Origin: Neodothiora populina
Taxonomy: Eukaryota
Length of the DNA stretch: 64,000 nt
Assembly (NCBI RefSeq): GCF_041146345.1
Contig: NW_027191417.1
Coordinates: forward strand, 1,178,001-1,242,000
Direction: 5' to 3'
Within the stretch, counting starts at the first letter, position 1. Each line of letters opens with the position of its first letter. Below are positions 37,496-50,746 of this stretch, in pieces. The translations under genes were made by a program, and so were the position numbers. Below the pieces are notes generated by a model, which had not been told where the DNA came from, searched no databases, and was given only the letters and a program-made list of their open reading frames with translations.

Positions 37496-38881
37496 ATGAA
37501 AACCTCGAGGATATCCCGCGACACAACTCGCATCATCAACTCATTATCTAGTGGTCGTCCAACCCGTCGATCCCTTCGGCAATTTGGCCAATACGTTCAC
37601 GCCTCGGACCCATCGACATTTGCCACTGACGTGAAATCTACCACGGCAGCGACATCTGACAGAGATGCCAGTTCTGAGCTTTCCAGTGCGCCGAGTAGTC
37701 CTGCCATAAGTGAATCAGAGTTCGAAGGCGACGGAGACGAGGAGAATGTGTCGCCGTCGGGTTCTCGTAAACGCAAGCGTGGGAAACCCGCTGCCAAAAG
37801 CACACATATCAAGACAGAGACGTCAACACCTGCGCTTACTAGCAAGTCCGCTCGTGACCCTGCCTCGAAGCCGCCCAGAAAGGCTCGACGTCAGCCTGCT
37901 AAACACATCAAAGTGGAAAATGGCACCAGCACAGAGATCAAGATTGAACCCCCAGCAAACTGGGAACAGATGTACTCTCTGACCGCCGAAATGCGCAAAA
38001 GAGTCCTCGCCCCAGTAGACACCATGGGCTGCGAATCATTGGCAGAAGAACACCGCAGCCCCAAAGACCAACGTCTACAAACCCTCATCTCCCTAATGCT
38101 ATCCTCCCAAACCAAAGACACCATCAACGCCGTGGCGATGCGCAACCTGCAAACCCAACTCCCCGGCGGTCTGACCCTACAATCCCTCCTGGACGTCGAG
38201 CCGGACCTCCTCAACAACCTCATCTGGCAAGTCGGCTTCCACAACAACAAAACGCGCTTCATCAAAGCAACAGCCGAGATCCTACGCGATAGCTTCGCAG
38301 GCGACATACCCGACACCATCGAAGGGCTGATCTCGCTCCCCGGCGTCGGGCCCAAAATGGCCTACCTGTGCATGTCGGCCGCATGGGGCCGCGACGAAGG
38401 CATAGGCGTCGACGTGCACGTGCACCGCATCACGAACCTGTGGGGCTGGCACAAGACGCGCACGCCCGAGGAGACGCGCATGACGCTGCAGGAATGGCTG
38501 CCTAGAGACAAATGGCATGATATCAACCACTTGCTCGTCGGCTTCGGACAGACGATTTGTTTGCCTATCGGTAGGAAATGCGGATCTTGCACGCTCGCTG
38601 TCGAGGGCTTGTGTCCTGCTGCTGTTGTCAAGAAGGAAGTCGTCGTCAAGGGGAAAAGACGGACTGTCAAGAAGGAAGAAGACGACCAAGACCAAGACGC
38701 CGTAGAAGTAAAAGAAGAGAAGGAACTTCTGATCAAGGAGGAAAAAGCAGACGAGAGTGCGCCTGGGCTCGATGTGCCGCTTATCGGTACGGGCACTACC
38801 ACCGGGGCTGCTCTCGAGAACACCTTACCGGACATGGAAGATATCGGCACAAGTAGGAGGAGTAGTAGGAGGTCGAAGTAG
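37496..38881 (+). CDS. NTH1: endonuclease III-like DNA glycosylase/AP lyase
   Basis: [17 protein letters not shown], HhH motif [18 protein letters not shown] and the Fe-S cysteines [19 protein letters not shown]. Confidence 0.95.
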   Translation: MKTSRISRDTTRIINSLSSGRPTRRSLRQFGQYVHASDPSTFATDVKSTTAATSDRDASSELSSAPSSPAISESEFEGDGDEENVSPSGSRKRKRGKPAAKSTHIKTETSTPALTSKSARDPASKPPRKARRQPAKHIKVENGTSTEIKIEPPANWEQMYSLTAEMRKRVLAPVDTMGCESLAEEHRSPKDQRLQTLISLMLSSQTKDTINAVAMRNLQTQLPGGLTLQSLLDVEPDLLNNLIWQVGFHNNKTRFIKATAEILRDSFAGDIPDTIEGLISLPGVGPKMAYLCMSAAWGRDEGIGVDVHVHRITNLWGWHKTRTPEETRMTLQEWLPRDKWHDINHLLVGFGQTICLPIGRKCGSCTLAVEGLCPAAVVKKEVVVKGKRRTVKKEEDDQDQDAVEVKEEKELLIKEEKADESAPGLDVPLIGTGTTTGAALENTLPDMEDIGTSRRSSRRSK

Positions 38882-39871
38882 ACACTGCTAAAGACCTTGA
38901 CCAGTCACCTTGACTTCTCATGATACTAATACAACTCTGTCCGACTCACACGTCTGAACTTTTTCTGCATGCAACAGATCGAAGGAGATACTATCTGGGC
39001 CGGGAAAAAGTGTTGTACATACGCGTCTGCAGCGCGTTTTGACGTGGTTTGTGTGTATCTCGTAGGTCATATATTAGCTATTATATGTACAAAAAGATTC
39101 TCGCCCCTACCGACGCCCCTTTCGAGACCTATTCATGACATTTCCATGGGGGAAAAAGGACAAAAGTCACCCTGCCATAAGTGAGGAACAGGGAAAACAA
39201 AAGAAAATGCACAACGCACAACGCAAAAACACCAGATAGGGTATGCTCGACGAGGTGTAGAAGATGGCCTATGAAGGCCACGCACTTCCCATCTCTCCAT
39301 AGCCCCTTATGCAAAAGACCTTCGAAAACTTTCAGAGGCGACAGGACTGGACTCTGGTTCTTGTGCCCTGCCGCTTCCTCGCCGACTACTCGAAGGAACA
39401 GGACACCCTCGAGCAAAGCAGTTGCCAGAACAGGAGATCCTCCACTTGCTGTCTTGTGTGTCTCTCTCTTACTATCCTTGTTAATCGTGACACCTCTTTC
39501 CGCCTTCGTCTTACGTGACATCTCATCAGGTCTTCTCTCTTATTATTGATGCCTTTTCTTCTTCCTCGACCGTTCTTCCTTGATGCAAACTTCTTCTTTC
39601 ACATGCTCAACGCCTCATGCGCCATACTTCGCCTTCCCAGAACAGACACACCCCAATGCACAGTAGATAAAACAGGTGGTAGATGAGGATGAATCTCGTG
39701 CCTAAGATATGACACATCAAACTCTTCAGTAGCCCTAACTTACAATAGCATGACAGCTATTCAAAACGCAGCTCCTTAGTCGCTGCGCATAGGGTACTAA
39801 CACATGTGTAGAAGGTCGTTGATGGTAAACAAGAAGAGGGAAAACATTTCATCGCTCAGCCTGACCATTGA

Positions 39872-42800
39872 TCATCGCCATTTCGAACCAGCGCCCATGC
39901 TTTCTCTTGCTGCTGCACCTGCCAAGTCAACTTTGCCACTTGCCACTCGTGGTAGGCCTGAGCTGCCTATGCCAGCGGCACCGTAGCCTACGCTCTGCAT
40001 GTGCTGTTGATGGCGTTCGGCAAGTAACGCTCCGTTGCTAGCACGCTTGCTTCCTGCGACCATGTGGCTCATGTTTCCACTTGGCAGGCGGGTCGTGTTG
40101 TCCTGATTGGAAGATGTTGAGCCAGGTGCGAGGCTTTGACGTCGACTAGTTTGAGGAACGGCTACCCTCAACGGACTATTCGTATTCGTGGTCGGTGCAG
40201 TGTTCTTCATTGCTGTGGCTGGTGTCTCTGGAAGCGGGCGAGATCGAAACGGAGTGCTTGTAGATGCTGCAGTTGTTGTTGCACTCTGCGCGATCGGTAG
40301 ACGTTTTACAGGGCTGTTGGAGGACGCTATGGTTGAGGTCGTACTCGTACCGTTCGTCGTCGCAGACGCCCTTACGCGCAACCGCTCACGACGTATGGGC
40401 TCATTAGTGATGAAAGGGTGTGCCAAGGCTTGATCAGGGCGAATTCGCTTCTCAGGATCCCATCGCAGACATTGGTTCAGGAAATCCAAGAAGGCTTCAT
40501 CATCACATTTCAGTGCTCCACTGAGTGTCTTGCTGCTTGGTCTCCTGCGCCGGCCTTTGCTCGAGACGGTGACACGAGGCTTAAGGGATGAGTCGAAGAA
40601 CAACTTCCTCCGGGTACACTTCTCAATGATGTCGCGAGGAGGGGGCCCGAAGATCTCCATGATGCAGGCGAGTTGCTCCTGCTCGTTCTCGCCAGGGAAT
40701 ATGGGGTAGCCCGTATATAGCTCTGCCAAGATGCACCCGACACTCCACATATCGATGCCAATGCCATATTCACTTCCGAGAATAACTTCAGGGCTGCGAT
40801 AAAAGCGAGACTGAATATAGGTATACACCTTTTCGTCCGCCTTGCACGATGAACCGAAGTCGATCACTCGAACGTCGGCCCTCCGAGGGTCGCAGAGAAG
40901 GATGTTTTCGGGCTTCAAGTCGCAGTGGATGATTCGCTTGGTCTGAAGCAAACACAGACAGGTCAAGAGCTGGCGAGAGAAACGACGGATGATGTTCAAG
41001 GAAAAGCCCGTGAATCCATGAGCGCGGATTAACTCATACAAGTTGATGCTGAGACAGGGCGAGGTGATGCAGAGATGTGACCGGAAGTAAAACGAGGACG
41101 TGATTGTAAGCGTGGCATGATCTCCATCAGGATCCTAGAGCAATGTCAGCATGTTGATCGAGCTACACAAGACGAACAGGTGTCTGGCACTCACCCATTC
41201 CCTCAACTTGTTCAGGATGTTGACCTCGACCAGTGCCTGCTGGTGGAAGCGCTTCTTATTGCGAATAATCTTGATAGCACATAGTCCACCGTGCTTGTGA
41301 TCAATGCACCTCACGACCTGACCGAAACTGCCCTTGCCAAGCACGTCTATTACCTCGTACCGGTATGCGAGGTGATCGCCCATGACAATGTTGTAATCGC
41401 CCCTCTCATCATCATATCCAAAGTTGTTCGTGCTCCCGGATGAAATGTCCCCGACATGTTTCTTAGCGTCTTTTCTTCCACAGAAGTAAACACCTTCTTT
41501 GTAATCAACAATTTCGCCCTTCTCGAATATATTCAACAAGCCCGCCGATGACTGTATAGCCTGAGCCGGTGACATTCGGTCTTTACGCGTTGCATGTCGA
41601 CGAAGCTCATCGGTTTCTTTGGCTGCAGTCTCAACGTCGCGCCTCTTCGCCGATAGCCGCCTCATCTCCTCATTGGCCAAGATATCATCTTTGTCGAGCT
41701 GGCTTGCGGGCTTACTTTGAGTCTTTGCAGGGACGGAAGGTTGCCTAGTCGAGGCATTTCGGTAATTCGATCCCAAGATGGACCAAGACGTCGAGCGTTG
41801 CGTCTGGGTGTTGACTTGGCGGATAGCGGCCGTGCTGGCCATGACAGGCTTTGAAGGTGTTTCTTTGACAGGAGTGGCGCTGATACTGGATCCATCAGAA
41901 GGCTTTCTCCGCGAAGTCTCCAGTGAGGGTCTGTTGGCCTCCTGCTGAGGCTGTTTCGTCGATCCAAAATCCGCAAAGGTGGCCGACGCAGGTATTTTGG
42001 GTGGAGGCATGTCATACTTCTGCGGGCTTGCTTGAGGTAACTCGATGGACGAAGGAGTAGGTGGGAGCTTTGACGAGGTCCTTCGCCATCCCAAGCTGAG
42101 TTTTCTGCGGAGGGAATTAGACGAGGATGGAGCTTCCTGATCCTCACTGGAAGAAATGGTCTTGATTGATGCTGAATCCTTCACAGTGGACTTCGATGTT
42201 GCACGTGAGCGCGGGCCCATTGGCTTCGCAGCAACAGGTTCGCTCTCGACATTGCCGAGCGTAAATTCGTCAGGCAGTCTCGGCTTGAAGTTGGTGAAAT
42301 TTGCACCAGACTTGGGAAGGGAGCCGGAGGTGAACGGCGTAATGCCGCGCTTGGTCGAGGTAGGGGACTGTAAAGGTATACCATTATCCGGCTCTTCGTA
42401 TCCTGCGTTTCTGAAAGTGTAGTGCGAGCTGGTACTGCGAAGATTAGGAGGTACAGGAGGTTCATCATCATCACGTCTGTAGAAAGTAGCCTTGGAGGCT
42501 GTCATGGGCGTGCTCGGGGTCTTGGCGAAATACCGCCTCGGCGGCGGAGTCATCTGTTCTTGGTCGTCTTCCGGCGCTGAGTTGGCCAGCGAATTTATTC
42601 TCACTGCAGTCGGGGTGCTCAGTGGCTGCAAACTCAGTGGCGGGAGTCGCATTGGTTGCAGCGACTTCTTGTTCACATGTGGCAATGCAGGTGGATTCTC
42701 GACGGGCACCCCTGAGGACGCCGTCTTCTCGCGTCGATGGCTCTTCTTCTCGGAGGAAGGTGTGGCTGGATTGTCAGATCGACCTTTGTGCACCGGTCTC

Positions 42801-44864
42801 GGAAGAGCGCTGTCGTTAGAATCCAGACTTCCAGGCAAGCTCCCGGAACTTGGTGTCTTGACACCTGCAAAGAAAGGTACAGTCGTGTCCAGTCGGTCCT
42901 TGGGAGACTCATAAGCCTTTGGAATTGCCGGAACCGGAGGGACGAGCTCTTGGCCTTCATGACGTTCTGCAGAGCTGTAAACGTTTCTCTGCTTCGGTGT
43001 CGGGAGCTTCGACGTGGACGCGCTTTGCCCAAGGCGATTGGAACCTGACGCGCTCGGCGCACGGAGAGACTGGTAACTAGAGCTCCTGGACAGAGAAAGT
43101 GATGGCAAATGCATACGATGGTTGGGCTCGGGAGTATTGCTGGCAGAAGGCGTCACACTTGGCATCCTGGGTATCAAAGAGGGGGACCTCGAGGCGGCTG
43201 CCGCGATATCTCTGCTGGAGTCTTTCGTCGGTGATGACGGTGGTTGTGGAGCTTTCATGGATAGACGCCTTAGGCGTGCAGTATCCGTGGGACTGATGGT
43301 GCGGGCACCCAAACCACTTATCCTCCCTGACTTTCTCTTGTCAATCGATGTGGGAGTCTCCGATCTTGCACTCTTTGGCTTCACTGTGGCCTTGACAGTC
43401 TGGCCTTGCTGCTCAATTGGTCGGTTCAAGTCGGGAAGGGTGTGATGGCGTGGCAGAGCATGGATAGACTTGAGTTTGGAGGCTGTCGTAGGTTTCATGG
43501 CATTAGATTTGGGCATATCCAGAGCAGGTTGCAAGCCATTGACTGTAAGTCGACGACGTGAATGATTGGTTTTGGAAAAAGAGGGCGTACGTGAAACATT
43601 CGACTGCTGCGCTGGAGGATTTGCGCTTGATTGCTCTTGCTGGTTTCGTCTGCCCTGTAGCATATTGCCCAGCACTCCCGACCCAATCGACTTTCTAGGT
43701 TGACGTGTAGCAACCGAAGCAGCAGCGCTCGACATGGACTGAGGAGTGGCCTGGGTCTGGCGACGCGTTCGTAGAGAGAGTGTGGCATCCTGGGTCCTTG
43801 GCAACGGGGGTACATTGCTGGATGTTTCAGCAGACATCTGTTTGGCCCGGGTGGCATTACTGTACCGGCGAGGGAAATGTTGTTGTTGTTGTTGCTGGGA
43901 TGCATTGCCACCGTTGATCGAAGGAACAGGAGGCACATCTGATCCCGACGAGTCTTCCTGCCCTGTGCTGTGCGTGGTTGCCATTGACCTCCGCCTGCTG
44001 CTCTTGTTGGTGAAGATACTGCCTCCTCCAGCGCCGGGAGCCGGGAAGTCACTCAGTTTGGGCTCGGATTCGTAAGTTTCAAGGCTCGTCTGGAAGTCAT
44101 CGAAACTAACAGGAGGTAGGAAACTGAAAGACCCGAGGCTGGCTGCAGGAGCATGTGCAGAGCGAGAATTCATGTTCTTGTTGTTGCTATCGTTTGAGAT
44201 ATCTGACTTGTTTACCGTCCGACCAAAGCTGTAGTTGTTGCTGCTATCATTGCTCTTTCCGTTCTTGTCGAAATTGGGTTCGGATGCACTCGTGGGTAAG
44301 AAGGAGCGACTGGCGTTGCTGAAATTGTCGCTCACCACACTATCAACGTTGGTCAGCTGCAAGTCACGAAGAATGCATGATGAATACGATTGTCTTGTCA
44401 CACACCGTTTCGACGGAGACTCATATGGACGAGGTCCAAGGGGCGCTCTATTCTCCTTAAGCGAGATCTTCCGTCGACTGGTCAAAGAAATATGTCTCGA
44501 TTCGGCAGCGGCGCTAGGAGTTGAAGTGGAGGTGGAAGTGGAATTGGATGTTGTCCTTGCAGCGGAGGCAGGTAGACTGGGCTTTCGAAAAGAATAGGCA
44601 TTATCATTTGCGTCATTTGATGCGCGCTGGAACTTCCTCCGGGCGCGAGACTCGGCTACAAAGTAAGTCAGTCATTTTACATTACGAACCCAGATGGTTT
44701 TTGCGAGAATTAGGGATTCGGGTAGCAACAGTGCGGAGACTCGAGGACGGGGACAGGGCTCACTCTCGGTGCTCGACTCTTCTGCCGGAGTCTGTTTATC
44801 CTTGCTATTGCCAAAGTACGATGGCTGTTGTTGCTGCTGATGTTGTTGCTGCTGCTGATGTTGT

Positions 44865-44899
<35 letters not shown>

Positions 44900-44941
44900 T
44901 TGTGCCTTCGACCTGGTCTGAACGCGAGAAGCGACCTCCAT
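39872..44941 (-). CDS. DYRK-family dual-specificity kinase (Pom1/DYRK2-like) with a long disordered N-terminus
   Basis: DH box YDDERGDY, GKGSFGQV, AIKIIRNKKRF, HCDLKPEN, DFGSSC, YTYIQSRFYRSPE; introns about 41136-41193, 44340-44405 and 44657-44763. The start codon is uncertain. Confidence 0.92.
44824..44903 (-). repeat. CAG/CAA microsatellite encoding His-interrupted poly-Gln at the DYRK N-terminus
   Basis: [28 protein letters not shown] in ORF 44672-44977. Confidence 0.85.
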
Positions 44942-46253
44942 ACTGGCGCCAGAGGGATCAATGTATACAACAAACAATGCTAGGGTCCGACGACGCTATG
45001 ACAACCGGCTAGCAGCTCAAGAGAGTGAAGAAAGCTGACACGAGGGGCTCTGCACATCTGTGATGAGAGGGATACGGTGGCAAGGGCCGTCTCCAATGCT
45101 CTCGGCGGGTGTTGGCAGAATTGTTTGTCGACTTTCTGGTATTTCTCCCCTTTACTTCCGCCAAAGAGACCCTACTCGACGAAGGGGTTCAAGTCGACAT
45201 GACGGAGATTCGGTCCGCTGATCCAACGTCTCTGAGCTGAAGAGTGTCGCATACGCTGAGGCCTGTCTGTGGGCGCGGACAATGATGCTCTAACAAGGCG
45301 GCGACGTGGAAATAATTACGAAAGGAGGGGGAGCTATCACAATAATTGGCTTTGTCCATGCGTGCACCAGGTCGAATACACGGTCAGGTCGTTAGATTGT
45401 ATTATTGCCCTTTTGTTTCTAAACGAGTATAGCGACGGGCGCACGTTCACTGAGGAAAGCTTGACCCGTTGATATCCAGCCGGGAGTACAGGGCAAAGGC
45501 GGAAACAGAGTCAGTGGCAGAGAGATATCGGCGGTTTGCCTTGGTGAGCCTCGATTGTTCCAAGGCTATATCTGGGATGACAAAAGCTACTTTTTTATGT
45601 GCATACATCAGGTATTGTAGATCTGGATGGTGTGCATTGGACTATCTCACAGTACCCCTCCTTGGTCTCTCACTACCTGCGTGTCTACTGTGCAGTGCAG
45701 TAACTAAGGCTTACCCTGTTTACGCCAAAAGACGGGCCGCCCATGCATATTCGTACTGTGATGGCGATGCCTATCCTATGGTCCCGAGGTAGGCCAGCAC
45801 CAGCAACACGATAATCACGCCCGACAACAAAACACCACACCGTAAAAGCAATGAGCACTGACGTTTTATGGCTGTGGGCACGAAAGCACAGAGCACACAC
45901 ACCACGACCGCAACGTGCACGCACGTCCTTTCTTGATCCTTCGACCTTCGACGCATGCTGTTGATGCATGGCTTGCCGAGAATCTTACTCTCACCTTACC
46001 ATTAGGTACCTTACTCTTACTAGAAACCTTAGTTGTGGACTTTTTGTGGTGGATCTCCATACGCCACAGCCGTGCATATTCTTACATTTAGCCACATGGG
46101 ACCCTGACGACATTGGCGTTGTGTGACATGCACAGATTTAGCATATGTGATACCATACCCTTTGTACTAGCTCTTGCCATACCTTTTCTACCATACCTGA
46201 ACATTAGACTCTGATCTCCCGTCTGTATAAGACAATTCTACTAGTACATTATC

Positions 46254-47900
46254 ATGGGTCGTGATCCGTTAATAGCCCTTGTGGGCAAGCCTTCATCAGG
46301 CAAAAGTACCACTTTGAACTCTTTGACGGATGCCACGGCCAAGGCAGGTTCGCCGTCCACCCCAGCACATGCGCCTTCCCTTTTGAAGAACATCCACTGA
46401 TCTTCGCTCTGTACCTAGGCAACTTCCCGTATGCTTGAACTGCTTGACTTGCCTTCCCACCAGGTCCTTTTCTGACCACGCATGAGTCATACTATAGATT
46501 CACCACCATCGATCCAAACCGCGCTGTAGGCTATCTCCAAATACAATGTGCCTGTTCTCGACCAGGCCTACCCAACCCTACGGATAAGCCACTCTCTGAA
46601 CGATGCCGGCCGAATTACGGAACCTGTCTGAACGGGACCAGGAGTGTTCCCATCGAACTGCTCGATGTCGCTGGATTGGTACCGGGTGCGCATGAGGGCA
46701 AGGGATTGGGAAACCGCTTTCTGGACGACCTGAGACATGCGGATGCTCTGGTGCATGTCGTAGACGTGTCTGGTACAACGGATGCTGAAGGTGAGTCGAG
46801 AAAGAAATGTGGAGCACGATGGGCAGCCGATGGATGATAGAACTTGAAGAGAACAATGCGAGGATTTGGACGAAGCAAGAGATGAGCTGACTTGGCTACG
46901 ATCATCAGGCAAAGCGACAAGAGGCTACGACCCCAGTCAAGACATAGTATGGCTCCGCTCGGAGATCGTCCGCTGGATTCAAGGAAACCTAATGGAGAAG
47001 TGGGGCTCTATAAAACGTCGCCATGCCTCCATCAAAGGAAACAACGTAGAGACTCTGCGCGCACAATTTTCCGGATATGGTGCCAATAGAGATATCGTTG
47101 CGCGGGTCATCGACAAGCTCGGCATAAAGGAACCTCTGGATCAGTGGAGCGATGAACTTGTCGAGCAGGTTGTCAATACCTTTGTCGACGAGAAATTCCC
47201 GACAGTGGTTGCGTTGAACAAGATGGACCATCCCGATGCTGACAAGAACGTCGCAAAAATTGCAAAAGCAAACGACCCCAAGACCTTGGTTTTGTGCTCA
47301 GCCATCAGTGAGGTGTTCCTACGGAGACTGGCCAAGCAAGGCTTCATTAAATACACAGAAGGTAGCGAGTTTGTCGACACCCGAGAAGACTTGATAGAAG
47401 AGGGCGACCCGGATGGAGGTGGTTTAAAGGAGATGGATGAGAAGCTCAAAGCGTGAGCTCACTTGACCTTTTCCTCACGCGCTCCGAAATGCTAACGAAT
47501 CTCCTATAGTCGCATCGAGAACCTCAAAGATCTAGTCCTCTACAGATTTGGTAGCACAGGTGTGAATCAAGTCCTCACCCGAGCAGCAGAACTACTAGGT
47601 CTCACTCCTGTCTTCCCTGTCCGCAACATCGGCACATATGCCTCTGGTGATCGCGACAGCGGTGTTTTCAGAGACTGTGTACTAGTCAAGAAGTAAGTCT
47701 CCGTTCTTTCGTCGCCTCTCATGAATCGATACTGACTGACGTGACTCAGGGGCTCAACCGTAGGCGATGTGTACAGAAAAGTCATGGGCGACGCACCGCT
47801 GGCCTACGTCGAGACGGTCGGTGGCATGAGGGTAAGCGAGGATGATCTCGTATCGGTGGGGAAAAACGACATTTTATCGTTCAAGGTTGGTCGCGCATAA
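46254..47900 (+). CDS. Obg/YchF-related GTPase (YGR210C-like)
   Basis: G1 [10 protein letters not shown]2 GNFPFTTIDPN across a 10-nt micro-exon (46419-46428), G3 [24 protein letters not shown]4 NKMD; five introns. Confidence 0.92.
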
Positions 47901-48437
47901 ATGGAACCTCTCACCTTGCCCTTCCTGGTTCCTTTCATCGCGATAAATAGTGCCATGATAAGAGTGGTTCGCACCGGTGACAGTGTTCGGCGTTTCATGT
48001 GCTTTAGCACCACCACCAGCACACGGACTGTAGAGACTAATGGATTCGGAAGTGGCCATTTGCTTGTCTGCGCAGATACCCAATACAAAAAGACCATTAT
48101 TAGAAACTACGCCCTTGCCATCAGAAGACCGTAATTGCAATTCAATACATTCCGATCTTCTGATCGAATTCAAGAGGTCGTCATTAATACGCGATGAGGA
48201 AGAGTGGGGAAATGAACCCTCTCGTAAGACTGAGATGGCGCATACGATTGAGCTGAATGGAAAGCGGAAGTAGTAAAGCATACAAGCATGTCCGCCCACG
48301 ACCGATATTAGAGAAGCGAATGAAAAACTACCTTATTGTGCGCATACGAATCGAAGCCCACCAGCTCTCCCCGCGACCACTAACTCCATCAACATCTGGT
48401 TGAACTCGTCTCCAGATTTTCTTCACTTCAAGTCACT

Positions 48438-49776
48438 TCACTTGAACCTCAAATCCTGCATCTCCAAATCCTTCTCCACCAACCCTTCCTGTGTGCCAAA
48501 CCGTCCGGATCGAGGTGTACGCCCATCACCGTCATCGACGCTATACTCTCCACTTCCGGTCGAACTCAGCACGCCGACCTTGCCACCAGTCCTGTTCCTA
48601 CCATACGCCACTCCGCCTCCGCCCGCCAGAGCAGCACTTTCATCATGGCTGCCCGCCGCGCCGTAGGTCTCGCCGATACTTTTGTTTCTGGATGCGATGC
48701 CGCCACCACCGCTACTGCTGGTGCCAGTACTGCTGTCAACGATGAATTTACGGTGGGCATCCGGACCACGTGCACCCGCTGACGGATTTTTTGCTGAGCC
48801 GGAAGCCCACAGGGACGACAAGGGGAGAGATATGGCTGTCACTGTGAGGATGTTGGAGCTTATCTCTGGGACTGAGACTGCGAATTGGAGGATTGCGAAG
48901 ATGACTATTGTTTGGTTGGTCTATGTTAGTGGTACTGATATGAGTTCAAGGTGATATGGTGAAAAGAGAGGATAGGGAGAAGAGACAGGAAGCACGCCTA
49001 CCTGGAATGATCAAGGTCTGGAACCCTCCGATGAAAATGATCTGCATCGGACCAAATTGCGTAAGACCCATCTTTTTCCGCTGATACAGCGACCAGCCTA
49101 ATTTGAGGCAAAATGCAAAGCTAAAGAAACAGATGCTCGTCGTCGTCGTGATGGCCATGGCTTTGTACACCCAGAGATACTCGGTGCATCGCGCCGCCTT
49201 GACGATATTGCATTGAGTATTGAGTGCAACTTGGGCAATGCGAAATCCGATCGCGATGAAAGCTACCACCATGGATACCAAAGTGACGAGGAGTCTCTGC
49301 ATTGGCTTCAGAGTCACACAAACGACTTTCAACTGCAGAACCAGCGAAGCTTCAATGGCTACGGTGACAAGTATGATGAAGGTTCCGGGTGCGATACTGA
49401 TCCGTTTCGCATATCCAGGGACAACCAAGTAGTCTCCCGACAGGTACACATACGGACTGAACCAGGGTCCTGTGAAGTAGAGGCATTGCATCAGGGCACC
49501 GAGGGTGTTGAACAGCAGCGAAGCACTGTTGAGGATGAAGACTGGCGATTTCTGCTTCTCCGCTTTGGTGAGCATGAGGAGGATGATCAAGACTGCGAGA
49601 CAGGCTCCGATTTGGGAGGCATAGATGATGCCGCTTATCACGCCGTAGTTGACATAGTACGCTATGTCCGACAGTCCAATGTCAAAAGTGGTATTGTAGC
49701 GGTCTGTCAGCTGGATTGACTGATGACTGACATCTGCCAGCGTGTATACTAGGGGTCCAAGAGGTGCAGTGGACAT
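48438..49776 (-). CDS. STE2: alpha-factor pheromone receptor (class D GPCR)
   Basis: Seven hydrophobic segments; KSPVFILNSASL, IEASLVLQ, RKKMGLTQFGPMQIIFI, TM7 SLPLSSLWA; intron 48905-49001. Confidence 0.95.
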
Positions 49777-50746
49777 GTTGAGGGTTACTGTTGCTTTGAA
49801 AAGAGAATTGGTTGATAGCTGAGAGGACGATTGTCTCGTGCTGATGTGGAAATCCCTTCGATGGTCCAAAGGGCTGGACCGTGGAAGATACTTTTGGCTG
49901 ATGGCAGAGAGGTATTGAGAGACGGAATGGAAGTAATAGATCTTTGCTAGAAGGATAGAAATCTCGTGAACAGAAGCAAAGACAAGAAGGAAGTAAGGGC
50001 AAAGGACAATATCATATGTACAATATGCTCTGGACACGATGCAGATAGATCAATGTATGAGTGTGGACAAGGACAATCTTCTCGAGGACGATATGGGATC
50101 AATACTAAAGCAGGATATTCACCACTTCTCAGTCGCAAGAAGGACTAAGTGCGCAGTGATGAGGAAACAATGGTAGCATATGTATATTCACCTATGCTTC
50201 GTTAAGTATGGCTGAGTGCACTATCGAGATGACTTGCGAATGTGAAGCTGAAGCTGAAACATGAGAGAATACGATAGATACCTACATGATGATGATTCTG
50301 CTTCATTGTTGGTGCTAGGGGGGGTATGAGATCGAGGTGTCTCATTCGTCCTTTCTTAGTATTGTTCTCATGATGGACGCTAACGTACGGACGCAACCTC
50401 AATCTGCAGGGCTGCAAGGTTCTTTGTCTATTCTCATCATTTGATGTGGTGGCTATTCATAAAAGCATGCCCGCCGCTTGATAGGATATCACTTTGTGTT
50501 GGTCATTTGTGGTCGGTAGGGTGCCTTGTGGGAATATAACAGAAGAAGATGATGTTGTTGTATCGTAGAAGCTTCTTGGCAACTTTAACCGACTACTGTC
50601 GCGTTCTATCATATATAGTAGTCACGACTCATGCTCTTAGACTAGGAGTTCTGCCTAGAAGATAACATCTGATTTCCTTTTTGTCTGTTGACATTCGTCC
50701 ATTCTGCATAATGATGCATCAAGTGATCTGCCAGTAGGAACTCACA

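Noticed and set aside
37496..49776. Mating-type locus suggested by STE2 near a DNA lyase
   Set aside because: The lyase is endonuclease III, not APN2, and no SLA2, alpha-box or HMG MAT gene is present.
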